The notes beneath the pieces are model-generated. The model was not told the DNA's origin. It saw only the letters and a list, made by a program, of their open reading frames with translations, and made no database searches. 40,863 nucleotides of DNA from a virus (lineage: Duplodnaviria > Caudoviricetes): positions 1 through 40,863 of the IMG/VR virus record IMGVR_UViG_3300030397_000743. One strand, written 5' to 3'. Shown here in pieces: positions 1 to 9,218 of the stretch (its first letter is position 1; every line of letters begins with the position of its first letter). The position numbers and the translations under genes were made by a program.

Positions 1-17
1 GTTTCCCAGTCACGATC
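1..17 (+). other. Random-amplification (round A/B, SISPA-type) primer tag; library artefact
   Basis: GTTTCCCAGTCACGATC at base 1; its exact reverse complement is at 40847-40863. Matches the M13-derived primer B tag. Confidence 0.93.
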
Positions 18-19
18 GG

Positions 20-147
20 AGGCGGGTGTTAACGTCCTTGAGTTCTTTGGTGGCATCAATAAAGCGTTTGGTACCAGGAGCCAATGATTTTAATTCTCGG
101 TTTAATGCTTTTGAGCGGCTGATCAATTGGCCCATATTAGCACCGGC
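20..147 (-). repeat. 128-bp inverted copy of 4448-4575 (tape measure gene); probable amplification chimera
   Basis: Reverse complement matches 4448-4575 base for base and begins right after the primer tag. Confidence 0.9.
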
Positions 148-208
148 GCGCCTTACGCTTTTCGGACATACATAGCTCGGCAGGTCTTTAATATCTGCAC
201 GTAATAGT

Positions 209-248
209 TTTCTGTCCTACCCTCCCCTAGCTAAAGGCATCAACTTAG
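209..248 (+). promoter_or_regulatory. Putative late promoter (TGTCCT box plus -7-like CAACTTAG)
   Basis: GTCCT at 214; -7-like octamer starts 27 nt later (241), the same spacing as at 3637, 17585, 34665 and 38143. Confidence 0.6.
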
Positions 249-252
249 CCTT

Positions 253-588
253 ATGAGCCACGGCTGGATCAGTATATCGGAGGTCATAGCGGACATGGAG
301 CGCACAACAGATGAGGAAGGGAACCTCCACCGGTTCAGCATCGCCTTTGTGCGTCACAATGATGGGCGCAATGGCCAACGCGGTTCGATCAAAGAGATCA
401 AACGAGCGGCTAAGTTCACCAAGCCAGGCAAGAAGGTCACACTACCAAAGCGGATGACCAGCGGCTGGCAGTTCAAAGCACATGAGGTACTACCTATCCA
501 AGACCTAACCGCTGACGAGCTCAATACCATTAAGTTCACCAACATCATCGAGTACAATGGCCAGAAAGTCAGGCACTGGGGCAGCTAA
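253..588 (+). CDS. Hypothetical phage protein upstream of portal (111 aa)
   Basis: ORF directly after the promoter motif, overlapping the portal start. Confidence 0.7.
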   Translation: MSHGWISISEVIADMERTTDEEGNLHRFSIAFVRHNDGRNGQRGSIKEIKRAAKFTKPGKKVTLPKRMTSGWQFKAHEVLPIQDLTADELNTIKFTNIIEYNGQKVRHWGS

Positions 589-1903
589 TTACGTCAAATA
601 CCATGACGATGAAGTCATGATCCTAGACGGAGGTGGCGTGGTTCAATTTGAGGAGTCACGTAAGAGGGTGGCCATGGGTACCTACCAGGCATCCGGTGGA
701 CAGAAATCCGACATTGTATTCTGGGGAGATCGCAACGAACTACCAGAGCTCAGGGAATACCTGCTCAGTGAAAACAACATCGTACCACAGATCATTCGTA
801 CCAAGCGAGATATCATCATTGGTGGTGGTCTGATGGCTTACATTGAACGATTTGAAAAGGGAGAGCGCATCATAGAAGAAGTGGAACTCGATCCACAATT
901 CTCTGACTGGGTAGAAGAACAGGAAGAATTATATGGAGGTCTGGAGGAAATGTGTAATGACCTGCTCAAGCACGGTCAATACTTTGTTGAAGCTATCCGG
1001 GATGGAGAGGATAAGATTGTCACCATTAAACCCCATGCCGCCCGTTGTGTGCGGGCTCAGAAGCAGGACAGCAGCGGCCGCATTCCGAACTATTGGGTGA
1101 ATGGTGCCTGGAGTAAGGTCACCGATCAGCAGCGCCTTTCTGAAGTGAATAACCTGATGGGCATTCCAGCCTATAACCCAGCCGCTGATCCACAAGGGAA
1201 ATTCATGTATCAAGGTGCTGACCGCCTGTTAGGTGGCCCCTATTACTATGACCCCCACTATGCCGGATCTACCACCTGGATTAAGGTGGCCAACCTTATC
1301 CCCATTTTTCACGAATCAAATCTCCGGAACGGCTTTACTATCCGCTATGTGATTAAGGTGCCGGAAGATTACTTCCAGCGCAGTTTGAGCGACGATAAAC
1401 GAAAAGACACCGAAAAGGTGAAGGATCATATCATTGCGGCAAAGCAGGCCTTCAAACAGAAGCTAAACAGCTTTTTGGCCGGTGCCGAAAATGCGGGCCG
1501 GGGTCTGATCCTCACTAAGCACTTTTACAAGCACCTCCAGAAAGAATGGCCTGAATTAGAGATCATTCCATTGGATGTAGATCTGAAGGATGATGCTATG
1601 CTCAAACTTTACGAAAGTAGCAACCAAGCCAACACCAGCGCCCATGGAATCCCCCCGGTTTTGGCAGGATTGGCGACCGGCGCAAAAATGACCAGTGGGA
1701 GCGAGATTCGGAATCTGTACAACTTTTGGCAATTGTCCGCTACTCCTATTCCCCGCAAAATTCTGCTCAAAATATACCGCATAGCCTGGAAGAGCTGGGG
1801 GCTCCCCTCTTCGACCAAGCTGGGCTTTCGCAATATCGAATTGACCACTACTGACAAGAACCCATCCGGCCATTCCGGGCAAATCGTTCCAGATGCTGTT
1901 TAA
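557..1903 (+). CDS. Portal protein (448 aa)
   Basis: Size; follows terminase on the circular map; portal-like motifs WGDRNELP, YYYDPHY, GAENAGR, AHGIPPVLAG, SGSEIR. Confidence 0.85.
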   Translation: MARKSGTGAANYVKYHDDEVMILDGGGVVQFEESRKRVAMGTYQASGGQKSDIVFWGDRNELPELREYLLSENNIVPQIIRTKRDIIIGGGLMAYIERFEKGERIIEEVELDPQFSDWVEEQEELYGGLEEMCNDLLKHGQYFVEAIRDGEDKIVTIKPHAARCVRAQKQDSSGRIPNYWVNGAWSKVTDQQRLSEVNNLMGIPAYNPAADPQGKFMYQGADRLLGGPYYYDPHYAGSTTWIKVANLIPIFHESNLRNGFTIRYVIKVPEDYFQRSLSDDKRKDTEKVKDHIIAAKQAFKQKLNSFLAGAENAGRGLILTKHFYKHLQKEWPELEIIPLDVDLKDDAMLKLYESSNQANTSAHGIPPVLAGLATGAKMTSGSEIRNLYNFWQLSATPIPRKILLKIYRIAWKSWGLPSSTKLGFRNIELTTTDKNPSGHSGQIVPDAV

Positions 1904-2957
1904 AGTCACCGATACCACCGCAGGACCGAATCCAACGGTCAAAAACACCGAATTTAAAACCTTCTTTCCGGCGATCAACCGAAATATGGATTGGTGTACC
2001 GTAGAGCCGTTTATCCAACAGGCAGAGGATAATGATATCATTCCAGCCATCGGTCTGGATTTCTACAATGTACTGGAAACGGAATACCAGGCTAATGGAA
2101 CCATTGCCGACGCCACCAAAGCCTACACCTTCCGCTTGCTGCGTACCGGATTGGCCCATTACGCGATGTATTTGGCTTTACCGCAGCTGAATATCCGCGT
2201 AGGCGATGCCGGCACCAATGAAACAAGTGCAAATGATATTGTACCAGTGCGGCAATGGGTGTTCAATGTCAGCCGCTGGGAAACGGCAAAAACGGCCTAT
2301 AAATACCTGGACATGGCTCTGGAGCACATGGAAAGCCAGGTAATTGCGAATAACACCGATTACGATACATTCAAGAACAGCACAGCCTACACGGAAAGCA
2401 AAGAATTGCTTATTCCTAACGCCCGCAAATTCGGCCGCTTCTATAACATCCAAAACAGCCGTCGTTCTTACACCTCCATCCGGCCATACATTGAAAAAGC
2501 GGAAGAAATCTATCTCCGGCCCCTACTCTGCTCGTTTTTCGACGAATTGAAGGATCAACACCTCAATGGAACCCTGTCAACAGAAAACGCCGACATTTTG
2601 CCGGTGGTCCAACGGTATTTAGCTGAAAAGACCGTGGTTTTGGCCCTGCCGGATCTGAATTTCATCAATGATGGTGATGGGTGGCGCGTCATGGAAAATC
2701 AATATGGCCTAACAAGGCCAACAGAGGGCTCATTAAGCCAAAGCCTTCAGCAACTATTGACCCAGGCAGAGCAAAACGCGGCTCACTTCGAAATTCAGCT
2801 TAAAAACGAGCTGTATGCCAACCTGGACAACTACCCCACTTACCGGGATAGCGAATGCAACGAATTAACCGAAGATTCGGATGGTGACGGCATTGCCGAC
2901 GCCGATGAAGTATGTGATACGAATGGCTACCAGGATTATGGTGCCGTTATTCTCTAA
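1893..2957 (+). CDS. Probable head-tail adaptor/head completion protein (DUF6712-like)
   Basis: Overlaps the portal end; two similar helical halves (PFIQQAEDNDIIPAIG / PYIEKAEEIYLRPLLC). Confidence 0.6.
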   Translation: MLFKVTDTTAGPNPTVKNTEFKTFFPAINRNMDWCTVEPFIQQAEDNDIIPAIGLDFYNVLETEYQANGTIADATKAYTFRLLRTGLAHYAMYLALPQLNIRVGDAGTNETSANDIVPVRQWVFNVSRWETAKTAYKYLDMALEHMESQVIANNTDYDTFKNSTAYTESKELLIPNARKFGRFYNIQNSRRSYTSIRPYIEKAEEIYLRPLLCSFFDELKDQHLNGTLSTENADILPVVQRYLAEKTVVLALPDLNFINDGDGWRVMENQYGLTRPTEGSLSQSLQQLLTQAEQNAAHFEIQLKNELYANLDNYPTYRDSECNELTEDSDGDGIADADEVCDTNGYQDYGAVIL

Positions 2958-2973
2958 TTTCAATCAAATAACC

Positions 2974-3576
2974 ATGGCTAACAAAGATTACAAAGCCCCT
3001 CTTCGGGGTTTTATGGCAATTCTTGCCAAACTATTGACCCAGGTCGCTGGGTTATTCACCAACAAGTTTAAGGATCCGGAAATTCGCCAAATGGCAGTAG
3101 GATTCATTGAAGCCACCAAAAAGACGGTGGAAGTACTCAGTGATGCCAATCCTGATGATAAGGATCAGATGCGGGCCATCTTCAATGAACTTTTGACAGA
3201 AGGGCCTTTCAAAGCCGGTGCGCAAACGGAAATTCAGAGCAAGATCAACGAACTGACCAACAACAATGCCCGCGTGGCGTTAGGAGTAGCCAACGGTGAA
3301 GCCTGGAAAATCGCTGCACTGCTCACTGATAATGATCCTGCCAACAGTGACCAAATGGGGGATTACCTGACCAACCTTTTGCGAAGTGATGACGGCGTTA
3401 TCTTCCTGCGTTCTATCCTTGGCCTGATGCTGAAGAATTCGGCATACGCGGATACCGCAGCTGTCCTCATCATCCAATTGCTGCTCACTACCTTAGCCGA
3501 AGAAGGTGATACTGAAACGGCAGCCCGTATCATCGAACTACAAGACATCTACGAAAAACGGGTCTTCGCGGCCTAA
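2974..3576 (+). CDS. Hypothetical helical protein (~200 aa)
   Basis: ATG 2974 after an A-rich leader; ends just before a terminator. Confidence 0.7.
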   Translation: MANKDYKAPLRGFMAILAKLLTQVAGLFTNKFKDPEIRQMAVGFIEATKKTVEVLSDANPDDKDQMRAIFNELLTEGPFKAGAQTEIQSKINELTNNNARVALGVANGEAWKIAALLTDNDPANSDQMGDYLTNLLRSDDGVIFLRSILGLMLKNSAYADTAAVLIIQLLLTTLAEEGDTETAARIIELQDIYEKRVFAA

Positions 3577-3607
3577 TATCTTTTGTTTTCTCATAGTATT
3601 CAATTTG

Positions 3608-3636
3608 GAGCCCGGCCGCTTGGTCGGGCTTTTTTT
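3608..3636 (+). terminator. Intrinsic terminator
   Basis: GAGCCCGGCC-GCTT-GGTCGGGCTT followed by a T-run. Confidence 0.8.
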
Positions 3637-3671
3637 GTACTACCCCTCCCCTATTTGCTATTCTACTTTCG
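3632..3671 (+). promoter_or_regulatory. Putative late promoter (variant GTACT box plus TACTTTCG)
   Basis: G at 3637 and -7-like octamer at 3664 (27 nt); the downstream TACCC(C)TCCCCTA is shared with the 214 copy. Confidence 0.6.
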
Positions 3672-3675
3672 AAGC

Positions 3676-4236
3676 ATGGAAGGCTTCGATGAACAAGCGC
3701 TGGAGGTCATTGAACGGGCTGCGGAATACTTCGGCACGGAAACCCTGGCTTTGTTTATCAAATCGCTTAAACGGCAAAAGCTGGTCAATACCCGGCAATT
3801 ATTGAACAGCCTAAGTACAGCCCAAAAAACAGACCTGGGGAAAGTCGTTCATTCCGTCACCTTCGCCTTCGAAGAATACGGCCGCTTTCTGGACATCAAA
3901 AACAAGCGCTGGAGCCAACAGCCACCCATTGAGGAGATACTGAAGTGGGTAGAAGAAAAAGGCCTGGACTCTTTTGGTGAAGATCCTAATCCTTATAAAC
4001 GATCGATAAAAACGCCGGAGCGGAGAAAGAATGAGATCGCCTGGGGTATTGCAAGACAACGAGTGATTAGAAGAGGCCCGCAAAAAGGCCGGAGCTGGTA
4101 CCGAAAGAACTTCTTTAAGACCCTCAATGCGCTACAGGAAGAACTTCTCCTTGGCATCAGTGAGCGCACCGTAGAACAAATGAGAGAAACCCTGCTTTGG
4201 CGCCTCAAACGTGGCGCAAGCGGTAAATATTTCTAA
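3676..4236 (+). CDS. Putative neck/tail-completion protein (HK97 gp10-like)
   Basis: Basic ~186 aa protein with YGRFLD and GRSWY motifs, immediately before the tape measure gene. Confidence 0.55.
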   Translation: MEGFDEQALEVIERAAEYFGTETLALFIKSLKRQKLVNTRQLLNSLSTAQKTDLGKVVHSVTFAFEEYGRFLDIKNKRWSQQPPIEEILKWVEEKGLDSFGEDPNPYKRSIKTPERRKNEIAWGIARQRVIRRGPQKGRSWYRKNFFKTLNALQEELLLGISERTVEQMRETLLWRLKRGASGKYF

Positions 4237-4237
4237 C

Positions 4238-6985
4238 ATGGCAATACAGCAAGACAAGGTTCAGATCATCGTTGATATCGAAGCGCAACAAGGCGTTAGG
4301 GCATACCAGCAACTGCTCGATGAATCCAGGCAGGTCAATGATGCCATGCGACGGATGAAACGATTGGGAAAGGAGAATTCCGAAGAGTTTAAGAAGCTGG
4401 AAAAGCGAGCATCTGAACTAAATAATGAACTGGCTGAATTAGGCGGTGCCGGTGCTAATATGGGCCAATTGATCAGCCGCTCAAAAGCATTAAACCGAGA
4501 ATTAAAATCATTGGCTCCTGGTACCAAACGCTTTATTGATGCCACCAAAGAACTCAAGGACGTTAACACCCGCCTGCGAGCTATTAGAGATCAAACCCGT
4601 GGTGTCAGCGAGGCCATGCAAGAAGTACGAATTGCAGGCATCAAACTACCTGATGGCCTAGTGAAAGGCATCAACGGAGTGAACACTGCTTTCAAGGCCT
4701 TGATCGCCTTGCAAGTCATTCAGTATTTCGTTGAATTGTTCCAATCGATCGACGAAACGACCAAACGCATGGTTAAGCTGCGGGGAGAAGTCGAACAGTT
4801 CACCGATGCAACCGGGCTACAGCTCGACAACTACACCACCAGAGTGGCCGCTATTTCGCAGACCTTCGGCGAAGAAACCGATCAAGTCCTGAAAGCAGCT
4901 AATGCCCTGACCAAACAACTCACTGGTGATTTTAGCGAATCACTGGACCTCATCGAGAAGGGCTTTCTGGCCGGAGCCAACCGAGGCGGCGATTTCCTGG
5001 ATCAGGTAAAGGAATACCCCACCTTCTTCCGGGAAGCCGGGCTATCCGGTGAGCAGATGATCAGCACCATTACCCAAAGTGTGGATCAGGGGGTTTTCAG
5101 TGATAAAGGCGTGGATCAGCTCAAGGAATTTGTGCTGCGGATTCGAGAAATGCCGAAAGCGACCGCTACCGCATTGAAAGCCATTGGCCTATCAAGTACT
5201 GAAATCCAAAAGGAGATCGAAGAGAATGGCATTGGCAGCGCCTTCACCAAAATTCAAAATCAACTGGGTGAGCTGGAAGAAGATGCCCCGGAAGTAGGCT
5301 TGGTATTGGCTGATGTTTTTGGTGGTGCCGGTGAAGACGCCGGGGTGCAATTTATTCGCAATCTGGAGCTGACCGGCGATGAACTGGATCGCTTGATCGA
5401 TACAGGTAATGAGTATACGGCCTTAATGCAGGAACAACTGATCGCCAATGAGGAGCTGGCCGAAGCCGAAAACCGGGTGGCCAAAGGTTTCAGCGATGCC
5501 TCTGGTAGCTTGGGGGTCTACATTACGCAGGTAAAAGCCTTCCTTCTCCGGGTAGCCGCCGATGTTATTGAATTCTTCCGAGATCTGCCAGCCACCGCTA
5601 AAGGGGTGCAAGCCGCTTTCCGGCAGATCATGAATAACATCCAAAACTTCTTCAGCCGAACGGCATTGAACCTGGAGATCACCTACAAGCGAATCAGTAA
5701 ACTAAACCCATTCGGGAAGACCTCCGAACAACTGGATCAGGAAATCGCCGCCTTACGGGAACGCAGAGACGGCATGAAAGAAGAGGTGGTCAATATTATG
5801 CAGGCCTACCGCGAAGGCTACTTGGAAGAACGGGACAACATCAAAACCCGGCAGGCCATCGCCGAAGCCCTTACCCCTCCCCCACATGAACCTACCGTTC
5901 GGGCCAATGTCCGCAAGCAGGTGCGGGATGTGCAAAAGGTAGTCGATGAGGAGATGGCGAAGCTGCGAGCGGAACGAGCCAACGCGCCGGGGGTTGTCCA
6001 AGGATTAGGAGGCACCGGGACTCCTTCAAGTGTTAGCAGCACAGGAGAATCCGGAGTAGCCTCTGAATCCGAACAGGAGCGACTGAAAAATAAGTTCTTA
6101 AAAGCATTGATTACCGAACAAGAATATGAAGATCAACGCTTTGAACTAATCCAACAAGCCTATGATCGAAGACTAGAATACCTCCGCTCCAAATTTGGAG
6201 AAGAAAGCGCCGAATATATTGAGTTTGAAAATCAAAAACTAGAATCACAGAAAGATTATGAGGCGCAACGGCAAGCACTAACTGAAGGCACCGAAGGTAT
6301 TCGAAAACGACTAATTAGAGAAGGTATTGATGCGTTAGGTGTGGCTGTTGAAGAGACTATTAACTTCCTGCATGATGAGGAAGATGCCCGCAAAAAGAAC
6401 AGCCTGGCGTTGAAGGCGTTTTCTATCGGCAAAGTAGTCATCGATACCGAAGAGGCTATCATGTCGATCATCAAAAGCTCTGAAGGTAACCCCGGCAACC
6501 TTTTATTCCCAGGCTTATCGAAAATTATTCAGGCTGCCAAGATTGGCGGGGTTCTTCTTCGCTCAGGGGTAGCGATCAACCGCATCCGCAAGCAAGGCTT
6601 CTATGATGGTGGCTTTACCGGCAACACTGCCCTATTTAAAGATAACAGCGGCCGCAATGTAGTAGGTGCTGTCCATGCTAATGAATGGGTGGCCCCCGAA
6701 TGGATGAACAGGCACCCCAACTATGCCCCCGTCATCGGGTGGCTGGAGCAGATGCGCAAACAAGGCTTCCAGGAAGGAGGCTTTGCCCAGCCGGTCAGCG
6801 GAGCCCCAGCAACCAACGGAGCCGGAGCTGACTTCACCTTCCTTCGTAAAGCCATCGAGGAATTGGCTATTTCTCAGCAAACCATGGCCAAAGAAATTCG
6901 CCGGAAGCAGTTCACGGTTACCACGGGCCAGGTGCGCGATGCCCTGGATGCGGATTATTTGCTGGATGAAAAAAGCTCCTTTTAG
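4238..6985 (+). CDS. Tail tape measure protein (~915 aa)
   Basis: Long Ala/Glu-rich helical protein; core DQVKEYPTFF...DKGVDQLKEF...ADVFGGAGED; C-terminal GFYDGGFTG...VHANEWV. Confidence 0.88.
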   Translation: MAIQQDKVQIIVDIEAQQGVRAYQQLLDESRQVNDAMRRMKRLGKENSEEFKKLEKRASELNNELAELGGAGANMGQLISRSKALNRELKSLAPGTKRFIDATKELKDVNTRLRAIRDQTRGVSEAMQEVRIAGIKLPDGLVKGINGVNTAFKALIALQVIQYFVELFQSIDETTKRMVKLRGEVEQFTDATGLQLDNYTTRVAAISQTFGEETDQVLKAANALTKQLTGDFSESLDLIEKGFLAGANRGGDFLDQVKEYPTFFREAGLSGEQMISTITQSVDQGVFSDKGVDQLKEFVLRIREMPKATATALKAIGLSSTEIQKEIEENGIGSAFTKIQNQLGELEEDAPEVGLVLADVFGGAGEDAGVQFIRNLELTGDELDRLIDTGNEYTALMQEQLIANEELAEAENRVAKGFSDASGSLGVYITQVKAFLLRVAADVIEFFRDLPATAKGVQAAFRQIMNNIQNFFSRTALNLEITYKRISKLNPFGKTSEQLDQEIAALRERRDGMKEEVVNIMQAYREGYLEERDNIKTRQAIAEALTPPPHEPTVRANVRKQVRDVQKVVDEEMAKLRAERANAPGVVQGLGGTGTPSSVSSTGESGVASESEQERLKNKFLKALITEQEYEDQRFELIQQAYDRRLEYLRSKFGEESAEYIEFENQKLESQKDYEAQRQALTEGTEGIRKRLIREGIDALGVAVEETINFLHDEEDARKKNSLALKAFSIGKVVIDTEEAIMSIIKSSEGNPGNLLFPGLSKIIQAAKIGGVLLRSGVAINRIRKQGFYDGGFTGNTALFKDNSGRNVVGAVHANEWVAPEWMNRHPNYAPVIGWLEQMRKQGFQEGGFAQPVSGAPATNGAGADFTFLRKAIEELAISQQTMAKEIRRKQFTVTTGQVRDALDADYLLDEKSSF

Positions 6986-8034
6986 ATCGCAGGAAAATCG
7001 GTACGCAAATTGGAGAGATCCTGTACCCCCATTTGCCGGAGGTATTTATCTGTTTCATCCAGCGAGTGATGCCGAAGCTGTATTTGCAATTCCTTCACTC
7101 CTATCCCGGCTTTGATGGCCTGGATGGCTCCCGTATGCTTCCAGGAATACAAGCAATAGCCTTTACCAAATTTCAGGTCAGTCAAGATTTCCCGGTGGCG
7201 GCGGCTCATCGTATGCCGTCCGATCGGTTTTTCTTTATTCCATCGCTGGGTAAACAGATACTGCCCAGGCCCCATATCGTAGATAAAAGATAGCTTAGGG
7301 AAGAACGCATCCGGAATACTAACGTATTGGGTCTTTTTATTCTTCGACTTTGATCCGGGTATGTAGATCTTCCGCTCATGCAGCATGATATCACCGGCTG
7401 TCAACTTGGGCAGCTCCCTCCCTGGCCGGATAAAGCAGTAATACACAAACTGAATGTATAGCCACAGCTGCGGATCCTTCTCGCTGATCACCTTCTTCAA
7501 TCGCTCAACCTGGTGCGGCTGGAAATAGCGGGCCGGAGTCTTATGGGTGCGCAACCTTTGCACATTGATAAACAAATTAGGTCGATCCACGGCGGTGAAT
7601 AATCGATCCAATTCGGCGCGGTAATGATTGTAGGTAGTGGTGTGGCGTACTTTCTTCAGATAAACAAAGAAGGCCTCTACGTTGGCCCTGGTCACCTCCC
7701 TGTCCCCCATCCACTCAAAGAACACCTTCACCATGCTTCGGTGGTTGGTGATCGTACTGGGCCGCCACTCCCCCACTTTTGAGGCAATGTATTCTTCCAC
7801 GCGGTATTGTTCAACGTGCTTGGTGGGTAATAAGGAAAGGGAAAGTTCTTCAGCAAAGGAATCAGCGGCAGCCATTCGGCCCTTGTAGGTTTTCTCCCGA
7901 TTGATGCGGCCATACTTGCGGCGGCGTTTCGGGCCTTCGTACCATTCGAGATACCACTTCTGGGAAAGGTCCAATGGTGCATACAGCCGAAGCGTCACCC
8001 CATTGAAAACAAAAACTTTTTTTTCTCCTGACAT
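6982..8034 (-). CDS. int: Tyrosine integrase
   Basis: Catalytic residues: R (FIRPGRE), K (KSKNKK), YSWKHT, LRHHSLDETDKY; adjacent to a tRNA-3' att core. Start may be ATG 8034 or TTG 8040. Confidence 0.92.
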   Translation of the reverse strand: MSGEKKVFVFNGVTLRLYAPLDLSQKWYLEWYEGPKRRRKYGRINREKTYKGRMAAADSFAEELSLSLLPTKHVEQYRVEEYIASKVGEWRPSTITNHRSMVKVFFEWMGDREVTRANVEAFFVYLKKVRHTTTYNHYRAELDRLFTAVDRPNLFINVQRLRTHKTPARYFQPHQVERLKKVISEKDPQLWLYIQFVYYCFIRPGRELPKLTAGDIMLHERKIYIPGSKSKNKKTQYVSIPDAFFPKLSFIYDMGPGQYLFTQRWNKEKPIGRHTMSRRHREILTDLKFGKGYCLYSWKHTGAIQAIKAGIGVKELQIQLRHHSLDETDKYLRQMGVQDLSNLRTDFPAI

Positions 8035-8096
8035 GATCAAACTTGCCAGAAGTTCCGGTTAGAAAGGTCTGTAGACAAAGTATTTGTCTATGAACA

Positions 8097-8130
8097 CTCC
8101 CAAGCCCCTTTATTTATTGAGGCTTGGGAG
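8097..8130 (-). terminator. Hairpin downstream of the att tRNA fragment (tRNA terminator-like)
   Basis: CTCCCAAGCC (8097-8106) pairs with GGCTTGGGAG (8121-8130). Confidence 0.55.
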
Positions 8131-8135
8131 GTTTA

Positions 8136-8155
8136 GTACCCGGAGCGGGATTCGA
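8136..8155 (-). mobile_element. attP core: 3' end of a host tRNA (likely tRNA-Leu)
   Basis: Minus strand reads TCGAATCCCGCTCCGGGTAC (T-loop plus 3' acceptor strand) with no 5' half; phage genes lie on both sides; flanked by inverted repeats at 8072-8090, 8201-8220 and 8256-8281. tRNA identity is from memory of Bacteroidota tRNA-Leu 3' ends. Confidence 0.75.
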
Positions 8156-8279
8156 CACCATTAACCAGAACTCCTTAATTTTCAAATGATTAAAAAATCC
8201 GTAGACAAGCCGTTGTCTACGCTTGTGTTCATGCATGGGAGAATTTATTAGGTCCAACTATGGTCTGTATAGACCATAG

Positions 8280-9218
8280 TTAATTATTGTCAATCATTTC
8301 CAAGAACTGGGATTCTGTCAACACCTCAATTTCAATTCCTTGCGACACATATTTCTCAACGAGTTGTAGTTTTTTACTAGGCTTACCTGTTGTATATTTT
8401 TCATAATCTCTATCGCCTACAACCAAGAAATTTGTTTTTTTAGTTAATGTATTACTACAATTCCCACCAATTTGCATCACTTTGAACTGTGCTATTTTTC
8501 TCTCCATAGACTGTAAAGCACCAGTAAATACCACCAATTGGCCGAAGAATAAATGGTCTTCAATAAACTTAGTAGGGTCAATTGAAAAGCCCTCAATTCC
8601 TGTTTTCTTATTTGTATTGGCAACTCTGGTCCTAACGTGCTTTTTCAGAGATGGTTTGTAGCCTCCTTTGTAGAGCTTTCCTGTTCTCAACTTCAATTTT
8701 TGACTTATCTCTTCAAAGCTATTTATCTCTTTCTCTTTAAAGAACTCAAGCGCTATGCGAGCACAACCTTCAGCATCAGATAATGCGTCATGATGTTGAA
8801 GATCAAAGCCATAGTATTCACAGATTAAGTTCAGCTTATAGGATGGCATATTCAATATTTGTTTAGCCATCTGGTATGTACATGTATATTCCGTTTCAGG
8901 ATAATCTATTCCATATAAGTCAAGTGTATGCCGTAACACGCTGATATCAAATGCTGCATTATGTGCAATCAGAGGGAAGTCCGTGATATCAGACAATATT
9001 TGTTCGTAAATCACATCAAATTCAGGTTCATTTTCGACCATATCTGAAGTGATGCCATGGATGTATGTATTGTATGAATCAAAGTAGTTGTCTTTAGGCC
9101 TGATAAGGAATGCTTTCTGCTCAATTATCTTAAAGTCTTCTACTTTTACCAATCCCACAGCACAGGGACTAAATCTATTAGAGTTAGCTGTCTCAAAATC
9201 AATCGTTAAAAACTTCAT
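8280..9218 (-). CDS. DEDDh 3'-5' exonuclease (DnaQ/epsilon-like) with C-terminal BRCT domain
   Basis: ExoI IDFET, ExoII AHNAAFD, ExoIII HHDALSDA; BRCT pattern VVFTGAL...GG...TKKTNFLVVG...ESQFLEMI. Confidence 0.9.
   Translation of the reverse strand: MKFLTIDFETANSNRFSPCAVGLVKVEDFKIIEQKAFLIRPKDNYFDSYNTYIHGITSDMVENEPEFDVIYEQILSDITDFPLIAHNAAFDISVLRHTLDLYGIDYPETEYTCTYQMAKQILNMPSYKLNLICEYYGFDLQHHDALSDAEGCARIALEFFKEKEINSFEEISQKLKLRTGKLYKGGYKPSLKKHVRTRVANTNKKTGIEGFSIDPTKFIEDHLFFGQLVVFTGALQSMERKIAQFKVMQIGGNCSNTLTKKTNFLVVGDRDYEKYTTGKPSKKLQLVEKYVSQGIEIEVLTESQFLEMIDNN

Noticed and set aside
20-4575. 128-bp inverted repeat as an invertible segment or terminal repeat
   Set aside because: One copy abuts the amplification primer tag and the other lies mid-CDS; best explained as a chimera.
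4870-4882. CGAAGAAACCGAT in the tape measure gene as a trans target of the 22794 RNA
   Set aside because: A 13-nt match inside coding sequence (EETD), with the second complementary element absent; likely chance.
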